DNA from: an uncultured Chloroflexia bacterium
GTDB lineage: Bacteria; Chloroflexota; Dehalococcoidia; GIF9; UBA5629
Reading direction: 5' to 3'
DNA: 64,000 nucleotides
Assembly: GCA_963705905.1 (NCBI GenBank)
Contig: OY970123.1
Location: forward strand, 134,919-198,918
This document shows, one piece after another, positions 57,531 through 64,000 of the stretch. Numbering within the stretch: position 1 is the stretch's first letter; every line of letters begins with the position of its first letter. Both the position numbers and the translations under genes were made by a program. The notes beneath the pieces are model-generated. The model was not told where the DNA came from and did not search any database. It saw only the letters and a list, made by a program, of their open reading frames with translations.

Positions 57531-58190
57531 TTACTTAAGGTTGAACAGCTTAAAATTGGTCATCGTGAAATTTTCAGAAGGCGCCCAGTTGCCCAAAACT
57601 ATGCCCAGTTCCCCTTGCCTAGACATGTTATCTGTGATGCTGTTAAGCTTACTGCCGTTAATGTAAAAATCCTGGTTATCCCCAGAGCAGACTACCTTCA
57701 GCTGGTTATATTCATTAGCCGGCTTGATAACATCCGAGGGAATCTCGGGCTGTATTTCCAGTTCCATGCCTTTGACGCCTCTGCTTATGTAATAGGTCCG
57801 GTTATCGCTGATGCTAAATCGATAGTAGTTCCCGTTGGCATCCAGCCGGTAAATCATTCCCATCACAGCCCCTTTCAGTGTTGAAGTCTTTCTGACATCG
57901 ACTTCTGCTTCAAAATTGCTCAGTGACTGCGTGGTTTTGGGGTTCAGTACAATAACAGTATTTTTTCCAACTGACCATACGTCGTACTCGCCCTGCCCGT
58001 ATGCTCCGCTCTTTGACGAATCGGCTTTATATACATACCATCCACTTTGGGGGTTATTGAAATCGTCCTGGAAAATAGGCGCTCCTAACTGAGTCCCCTG
58101 CGTCTGCTGGGGTGCACAACCCGAGATCAAACCAGTCGACACCGCAAGCAGGCCGAGCAATACATTCAGATAATATTTAGATTTATTCAC
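57531..58190 (-). CDS. Hypothetical secreted lipoprotein (beta-sandwich-like)
   Basis: Lipobox LISGCAPQ, 219 aa. Confidence 0.5.
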   Translation of the reverse strand: MNKSKYYLNVLLGLLAVSTGLISGCAPQQTQGTQLGAPIFQDDFNNPQSGWYVYKADSSKSGAYGQGEYDVWSVGKNTVIVLNPKTTQSLSNFEAEVDVRKTSTLKGAVMGMIYRLDANGNYYRFSISDNRTYYISRGVKGMELEIQPEIPSDVIKPANEYNQLKVVCSGDNQDFYINGSKLNSITDNMSRQGELGIVLGNWAPSENFTMTNFKLFNLK

Positions 58191-58214
58191 GGAATTCTCC
58201 AGTCGTAAAAAGCT

Positions 58215-58290
<76 letters not shown>

Positions 58291-58375
58291 AAGGGTTACA
58301 TGGTAGCATTCGCTAATTAACTACGTCAAGCTAATTATAATACGTGATTCCAAGCTGAGCTATAATGTAGTTGCC

Positions 58376-58795
58376 TTGAAGAAGCAGTTTGAAATCCTCG
58401 ACCATACGGCCGATATCGGCATTATTGCTTACGGGAGTGACGTTACAGAACTTTTCCAGAATGCAGCAAAGGGAATGTTGAGCCTGATTACTGACTTACG
58501 TTGCGTTGAAAAGAAACTGTTGAAAGAAATCGTTGTGCAAGAGCAGGATAGCGTCGCCCTCCTGGTCGCATGGCTAAATGGGATACTCTATGAGCTGGAC
58601 ACAGAACACGTTATTTATAAGGACTTTGACCTGGTTATAAAGGATGGAGACCGGATGACAGCCACCTGCTATGGCGAGGAACTGGACCTTCAAAAGCATG
58701 TTATGAAGCGTGAAATCAAGGCTGCTACTTACCATAATCTAAGCATCAGGAAGCAGAACAATATTTATTCTGCTACGATCATATTTGATATTTAA
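58376..58795 (+). CDS. Archease (RtcB activator)
   Basis: FEILDHTADIGIIAYG N-terminal signature, 139 aa. Confidence 0.8.
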   Translation: MKKQFEILDHTADIGIIAYGSDVTELFQNAAKGMLSLITDLRCVEKKLLKEIVVQEQDSVALLVAWLNGILYELDTEHVIYKDFDLVIKDGDRMTATCYGEELDLQKHVMKREIKAATYHNLSIRKQNNIYSATIIFDI

Positions 58796-58813
58796 CGGCT
58801 AGAGGAGAATGGC

Positions 58814-60271
58814 ATGAGCCCCTGGCAAGGCAAAATAATACAAACGGGTGTATGCCGCTGGGAAATTCCACAGGACTACAAGGACGGCATGAAAGTGCCT
58901 GGCCTGATTTATGCTGATGAACGCATGCTTAGCGTTATCAGGGAAGAGGAGTCACTGGAACAGGTAGCTAACGTGGCTTTTTTGCCCGGTATCGTCGGCA
59001 GATCAATGGCTATGCCCGATATCCACTGGGGCTACGGCTTTCCCATCGGAGGAGTGGCTGCCACGCGGGTGAACGATGGTGTCGTTTCTCCTGGAGGAGT
59101 AGGTTACGATATCAATTGTGGGGTCAGGCTTCTGCGTACCAATCTGAGCGAGGAAGAAGTTAAGCCCAGAATTCAAGAACTGATCAATCACCTTTTTGTA
59201 AATGTGCCTTCAGGGGTCGGCTCCGAAGGAAAGATCAAGATAGGCGAAAAGGAAATAGACAATGTGCTCAGGCTGGGTGCCGAGTGGGCCGTCAGGCGTG
59301 GCTATGGTGACAGGCAGGACCTGGAGGTTACAGAGGAGAAGGGCTGTATGAATATGGCCGATCCTGAGAAGGTAAGCGGTAGGGCGAAGAAACGCGGCAC
59401 GCCGCAACTGGGCACGCTGGGCTCAGGTAACCATTTCCTGGAAATACAGGTTGTAGGTGAAATATACGACAAAGAAGCGGCTGCCGCGATGGGGATCGAT
59501 CGCATCGGCCAGGTACTGTTGCTGATCCATACAGGGTCAAGGGGGCTTGGCCACCAGGTATGTGATGATTACCTGCGAATTATGGGCGAATCTGTCAGAA
59601 AATACGGCATAGCCTTGCCCGACCGCCAGCTTGCCTGTGCGCCGGTTGAATCGCCAGAGGGACAGGACTATCTGGCTGCCATGGCCTGTGCCGCTAACTA
59701 TGCCTGGGCGAACCGGCTGTGCATCGCTCACTGGGCGCGAGAATCATTTGTAAAGGTCCTCGGCAGGAAGGCAGAGAATATAGGCCTGGAACAGGTCTAC
59801 GATGTGGCACATAATATTGCCAAGTTAGAGGACCATATTATTGAAGGCAAGAGCCAGAAACTGTGCGTGCACCGCAAGGGCGCCACGCGTGCGTTTCCAG
59901 CGGGCCAGGAGGGCGTACCCGCTAAATACGCCTCCGTCGGCCAACCCGTACTAATTCCCGGAGATATGGGAAGGTGCTCCTATATTGCTTTGGGAACCGA
60001 GAAGGCCATGCAGGAGACATTCGGCTCCACCTGCCATGGCGCAGGGCGGGTCCAGAGCAGGGGAGCAGCCAGGAGGGGGCAGAGCGGTCGAGACGTGGCG
60101 GCAAACCTGGCCGCCAGGGGCATCTACGTCAGGACAGGCAACATGGGATCGCTGTCGGAGGAAGCATCCTCCGCCTATAAGGATGTAGATGATGTCGTTA
60201 ATATTACGCAAGAAGCAGGTATTTCGCGTCGAATTGCGAAGGCCCTGCCCATAGGCGTGATAAAGGGTTAA
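58814..60271 (+). CDS. rtcB: RNA-splicing ligase RtcB
   Basis: GYDINCGVR, GSGNHF, HRKGAT and CHGAGR motifs, 485 aa. Confidence 0.9.
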   Translation: MSPWQGKIIQTGVCRWEIPQDYKDGMKVPGLIYADERMLSVIREEESLEQVANVAFLPGIVGRSMAMPDIHWGYGFPIGGVAATRVNDGVVSPGGVGYDINCGVRLLRTNLSEEEVKPRIQELINHLFVNVPSGVGSEGKIKIGEKEIDNVLRLGAEWAVRRGYGDRQDLEVTEEKGCMNMADPEKVSGRAKKRGTPQLGTLGSGNHFLEIQVVGEIYDKEAAAAMGIDRIGQVLLLIHTGSRGLGHQVCDDYLRIMGESVRKYGIALPDRQLACAPVESPEGQDYLAAMACAANYAWANRLCIAHWARESFVKVLGRKAENIGLEQVYDVAHNIAKLEDHIIEGKSQKLCVHRKGATRAFPAGQEGVPAKYASVGQPVLIPGDMGRCSYIALGTEKAMQETFGSTCHGAGRVQSRGAARRGQSGRDVAANLAARGIYVRTGNMGSLSEEASSAYKDVDDVVNITQEAGISRRIAKALPIGVIKG

Positions 60272-60370
60272 TCTGAAGCTGAAACTGCCGAGTTGAGAGC
60301 CGCATATTTGTGCTCTCAAAGGTAATCGTGTAAAATTTACCCAGAAATTTTTATTAAGGAGTGATAAACC

Positions 60371-61561
60371 ATGGGTCTTGCAAGAGAAGTTGTGATTATC
60401 GACTATTTACGCTCCCCGTTTTCCCGCTCCCGTCCCAAGGAACCCGAGAAGGATTTATTGAATGGATGGAGAATGGATGAGGTATTGGCTCTTCTTTGGA
60501 AAGAGCTGATTAAGAGGAATAATCTTGACCAGAAAGTGATCGACGAGGCTATTGTCGGCACAGCCAATCCTGTTCTTGAGAACTTCACGTTCGGTGGCAA
60601 AATCCCCTGCTTTTTCGCTGATCTGCCCGTCGAGGTTTCCAGTCAGCAGGTAGACCAGCAGTGCGGGTCCGCTCTTTGTGGCCTCAGGACCGGTGTTATG
60701 GGTATTGCCAGCGGTTTTTCCGACGTTGCACTTTGCGGCGGCATCGAGCACATGACACACATCCCGATGGGCGGCGGCGGCGCCATCAAATTCCCGGACA
60801 AATTGTTTACCGAACCTCAGTATAAGAAATTCGACATCATGTTCTCGCTGAATATGGGCTTTACCGCTCAGAAGCTGCAGGAACTGTCGGGCGTCAGCAG
60901 GGAAACGATGGACAAATTCGCCGCGAGGTCGCATCAACTGGCTGCCAAATCCAAGGAATGGCTCAAAGGCGAGATACTGCCTGTAGAGATCACCCTTCCT
61001 GACGGCACCAAGCAGATGTTTGATTATGATGCCAACGTCAGGGCCGACACGACCCTGGAGCTGCTTGCCGGCTTAAAACCAGCTTATAAACCGGACGGCT
61101 CGATCACAGCGGGCAATGCTTCCCCCTTGAATGCGGGCGCAACCGCTATGCTGATCATGTCCAAAGATAAGGCCAAGAAACTGGGTCTCAAACCGATGGC
61201 CAGCTTCGTTTCATTCGGTATGGCCGGTGTCGATCCCACAATCATGGGCGCCGGACCTGTCCCCTCCAGCAAAAAAGCGCTGGCTTATGCAGGCCTGAAA
61301 GCCAATGACATCGATTTCTGGGAGATCAACGAGGCTTTCGCAATCGTATCACTCTATTGCATGAAGGAGTTCAATATTCCGGAAGCTAAGGTCAACGTAC
61401 ACGGCGGCGCTATGGCTATCGGCCACCCGCTCGGCGCCAGCGGCATCAGGCTCGTTGGAACCCTTGCCAGGATACTTAAGGAGAACAAGGGCAAATACGG
61501 TCTGGCTACCATGTGCGAGGGTGGCGGACAGGGTATCGCTGCCATCATTAAAGCTGAATAG
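60371..61561 (+). CDS. Thiolase-family acetyl-CoA C-acyltransferase
   Basis: Thiolase fold with nucleophile region QQCGSAL. C-terminal NVHGGAMAIGHPLGASG and CEGGGQG motifs. Confidence 0.7.
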   Translation: MGLAREVVIIDYLRSPFSRSRPKEPEKDLLNGWRMDEVLALLWKELIKRNNLDQKVIDEAIVGTANPVLENFTFGGKIPCFFADLPVEVSSQQVDQQCGSALCGLRTGVMGIASGFSDVALCGGIEHMTHIPMGGGGAIKFPDKLFTEPQYKKFDIMFSLNMGFTAQKLQELSGVSRETMDKFAARSHQLAAKSKEWLKGEILPVEITLPDGTKQMFDYDANVRADTTLELLAGLKPAYKPDGSITAGNASPLNAGATAMLIMSKDKAKKLGLKPMASFVSFGMAGVDPTIMGAGPVPSSKKALAYAGLKANDIDFWEINEAFAIVSLYCMKEFNIPEAKVNVHGGAMAIGHPLGASGIRLVGTLARILKENKGKYGLATMCEGGGQGIAAIIKAE

Positions 61562-61587
61562 TGTAATTTCAGCCCAAGTTGAAATGA

Positions 61588-61620
61588 AAGGGGACGGCCC
61601 GCCGGGCCGTCCCCTTTTTA
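61588..61620. terminator. Bidirectional intrinsic terminator between the convergent thiolase and leuA/cimA genes
   Basis: aaaGGGGACGGCCcgccGGGCCGTCCCCttttt: perfect 13-bp stem, flanked by an A-tract and a T-tract. Confidence 0.75.
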
Positions 61621-61642
61621 TTACATAGATTATAAAACTGAA

Positions 61643-63250
61643 CTATCTCTTTGTCTTTTTATCTATCTTCAGCAGGAAATATTCCATGCTATCATACAGG
61701 GCCAGCCAGCTGGCCTCAATGATGTTAGTGGAGCTTCCAACAGTCCTCCACTGGACCTTGCCGTTGCCGGATTCGATCAATACACGCACCAGGGAACCTG
61801 TGCCGCTATTGCCTTCCAATATGCGAACTTTATAGTCAAGCAAATCCACCTTGGCCAGGCCCGGGTAAAACCCGAGCAGTGCTTTGCGCAAAGCAAAGTC
61901 CAGCGCGTTGACCGGGCCATTTCCTTCTGACGCTGTATGCATAAGCTTGTTATCTACTTTAACCTTGATAGTAGCCTCGGCCAGAAGTTGAGATCCTATT
62001 TCGTAAGCAGCGGGCTGGCGCCTGTGCCTTTCCACCACCACCATATAGTCGACCAGATTAAAGGGCGGCTTATAGCCCGGTTGGGATCTCAGTAGAAGCA
62101 ACTCAAACGAAGCGTCGGCATCTTCATACTGGAATCCAAGGCTTTCAAGCTGTTTAATCTGCTCCAGTATGCGGCGTGCTTCCTTACCGTGCGGTTGAAT
62201 AGGTATGCCCAGCTCTTTGGCTTTATAAATGATATTGCTCTTGCCCGACAGCTCAGATACAACTACCTTGGGATTATTGCCCACCAGGGCCGGGTCGATA
62301 TGCTGATAGCTTTCCTCCCATTTGAATAAGGCTGAGACGTGCAGTCCGGCTTTGTGAAGGAAGGCATTGCCCCCCACGTAGGGCAGATTCGATGAAGGCG
62401 GGAGGTTGGCCACTTCGGCTACAAAGCGTGACACTTCGGTGAGATGTGTTAGCTGAGCCGCCGTGATGCATTTAATTCCAAGTTTGAGCTGCAATGCAGG
62501 GATGATGGAGCACAGGTTGGCGTTGCCACAGCGTTCGCCATAGCCGTTTATCGTGCCCTCTATATGCTCCACACCGCTTTCGACGGCGGAAAGCGAAACC
62601 GCGACGCCCATCTCAGTGTCATTATGAGCGTGGATGCCCAGCGGACAACTTATCTTCTTTTTGACACCGGCAATAATGCCAGCCGCTTCGGAGGGTAGGG
62701 TCCCCCCATTCGTGTCACAAAGTACCAAGCAGTCTGCTCCACCCTTGACTGCGGCGATAAGGGTTTCGATTGCATAGGGCGCGTTGGACTTGAATCCATC
62801 AAAGAAATGTTCGGCATCGAAAAATACGGTCAGGCCCTTTGATTTAAGCAAAGCGATGGATTCGCGAATGATTGCCAGGTTACTGGCGAGGCTGGTTTCC
62901 AACACCTGTTTTACCTGGCGGTCATGGGTTTTACCTACAATATTAGCGACTTTAGCGCCCGATACTACGAGTGCCCGCAGTCCTTCATCTTCAGTGACCT
63001 CGATATTAACCCGCCGCGTGCTGCCAAAGGCAACCAGAGTAGCGTGCTTTAGCTTCAAACCTCGCGCTTTTTTAAAAAACTCGGTGTCTTTGGGATTCGA
63101 TCCGGGCCATCCACCCTCGATATATGTTATCCCCAGTTCATCGAGCTTCTGTGCGATCTGAAGTTTGTCGGATACCGTAAAGGAAATGCCTTCCTGCTGC
63201 GCGCCGTCTCTCAGCGTCGTGTCGTACAGATCAACATGCCGCATAACCAT
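61643..63250 (-). CDS. leuA: 2-isopropylmalate synthase / (R)-citramalate synthase family (LeuA/CimA)
   Basis: LYDTTLRDGAQQEG HMGL-like signature, HxH metal site (GIHAHND), C-terminal LeuA dimerisation/regulatory domain, 535 aa. Confidence 0.8.
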   Translation of the reverse strand: MVMRHVDLYDTTLRDGAQQEGISFTVSDKLQIAQKLDELGITYIEGGWPGSNPKDTEFFKKARGLKLKHATLVAFGSTRRVNIEVTEDEGLRALVVSGAKVANIVGKTHDRQVKQVLETSLASNLAIIRESIALLKSKGLTVFFDAEHFFDGFKSNAPYAIETLIAAVKGGADCLVLCDTNGGTLPSEAAGIIAGVKKKISCPLGIHAHNDTEMGVAVSLSAVESGVEHIEGTINGYGERCGNANLCSIIPALQLKLGIKCITAAQLTHLTEVSRFVAEVANLPPSSNLPYVGGNAFLHKAGLHVSALFKWEESYQHIDPALVGNNPKVVVSELSGKSNIIYKAKELGIPIQPHGKEARRILEQIKQLESLGFQYEDADASFELLLLRSQPGYKPPFNLVDYMVVVERHRRQPAAYEIGSQLLAEATIKVKVDNKLMHTASEGNGPVNALDFALRKALLGFYPGLAKVDLLDYKVRILEGNSGTGSLVRVLIESGNGKVQWRTVGSSTNIIEASWLALYDSMEYFLLKIDKKTKR

Positions 63251-63262
63251 ACAGCCTCAAAA

Positions 63263-64000
63263 CTAGATTCTTTCCTCGATCAACTTGCCCATTTCGGAAG
63301 TTCCCGCCGGCTTCATGCCGTCGGTCATAATATCCCTGGTGCGATAGCCGTCATTCAAGGCTTTAAGGACTGCATTTTCCACAGATTGGGCCTCATTGTT
63401 CAGCCCCAGGGAATAATGCAGCATCATGGCCGCGCTTTTGATCGTGGCTATGGGATTGGCGATATTCATTCCGGCGATATCAGGGGCGCTGCCGTGGATG
63501 GGTTCATATAGACCGAAAGAGCGGTCGTCAGTGCCGGGTATGCCGGCCAGGCTGGCTGAAGGTAGCATACCCATCGAACCTGCCAGCACGGACGCCTCAT
63601 CTGTCAATATGTCGCCGAAGGTGTTTTCGGTTACTATCACGTCGAAATATCCCGGGTTTTGAATAAAACGCATGGCACAGGCGTCTACAAGCATATGGTC
63701 CAGCTTCACCTGGGGGTAGTCAGCGGCGATTTCAGTGGCTATCTGACGCCATAGCCGTGATGACTCAAGCACGTTGGCTTTATCCACCGAGGTCAACTTC
63801 CCGCGCCGGGTCATGGCTATTTCAAAACCGACACGTATTATGCGGTCTATCTCACCCTCTGTGTAATACATGGAATCTATCGCCCTGCGTCCCCGGCTGT
63901 TGCTCCATCGTTTTTTCGGTTTGCCGAAATAAAGTCCACCGGTCAGCTCACGGATAACCATCATATCGACATTGCGTACGATCTCCGGCTTAAGCGAGGT
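63263..64000 (-). CDS. leuB: 3-isopropylmalate dehydrogenase, partial (N-terminus beyond window end)
   Basis: NLFGDILSD-like (ENTFGDILTDEASVLAGSMGMLPSASL) and GSAPDIAG motifs. The reading frame continues to the window edge. Confidence 0.85.
   Translation of the reverse strand, partial: TSLKPEIVRNVDMMVIRELTGGLYFGKPKKRWSNSRGRRAIDSMYYTEGEIDRIIRVGFEIAMTRRGKLTSVDKANVLESSRLWRQIATEIAADYPQVKLDHMLVDACAMRFIQNPGYFDVIVTENTFGDILTDEASVLAGSMGMLPSASLAGIPGTDDRSFGLYEPIHGSAPDIAGMNIANPIATIKSAAMMLHYSLGLNNEAQSVENAVLKALNDGYRTRDIMTDGMKPAGTSEMGKLIEERI

Overview
The window is 64 kb of a bacterial chromosome. Its gene content suggests a Dehalococcoidia/Chloroflexi-like organism (QueG/RDH-like Fe-S protein, FwdE-like protein, cytoplasmic Fdh-like molybdoenzyme, HypA, DUF3795-like protein, a BNR/Asp-box surface protein, a LeuA/CimA-family synthase). 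This is inference from the sequence and was not verified.

Layout:
- 1-13 kb: glycan-biosynthesis genes. GT2 and GT4 glycosyltransferases, galE, a GDP-heptose precursor operon (hddA-gmhA-gmhB), a GT-C-like polytopic membrane protein fused to a C-terminal carbohydrate-binding beta-sandwich, and two paralogous secreted GH-like proteins, one carrying the same CBM-like module.
- 13.1-26.6 kb: a visibly AT-rich polysaccharide-assembly island (Wzx flippase, 754-aa polytopic membrane protein, GT4s, methyltransferase, rmlD, rmlC, epimerase, GT2, oxidoreductase). It is bracketed by two inverted copies of a ~64-bp hairpin-containing leader element. Two paralogous excisionase-type HTH genes lie near the cluster.
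- 28.7-33.2 kb: a 1289-aa BNR/Fn3 surface (S-layer-like) protein, rich in N-glycosylation sequons and ending in a C-terminal TM anchor. It is followed by a decayed tandem duplicate of its own 3' end, a 54-bp tandem-repeat array and an intrinsic terminator.
- 33.4-39.6 kb: signal peptidase I and an iron locus (small Lys/Cys-rich protein, ferredoxin, bacterioferritin, DtxR-FeoA fusion regulator preceded by a perfect 20-bp palindrome, feoB).
- 39.6-51.4 kb: surface protein, SemiSWEET, hypA, multi-cluster Fe-S protein, menA-like prenyltransferase, and an HxlR / QueG-like / FwdE-like / molybdopterin oxidoreductase / mobA cluster.
- 51.5-55.3 kb: a ~3.9-kb integrated element with a tyrosine integrase, inserted in tRNA-Ile(GAT). 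A 46-bp direct repeat of the tRNA 3' half marks both ends, and an iteron-like repeat array lies inside.
- 55.4-64 kb: ilvE, tRNA-Leu, tRNA-Lys, archease-rtcB, a thiolase, leuA/cimA and a partial leuB.

The most notable system is the apparent surface-protein glycosylation machinery: heptose pathway, GT-C enzyme with a CBM, and an AT-rich assembly island flanked by inverted repeats, all next to the giant sequon-rich surface protein.
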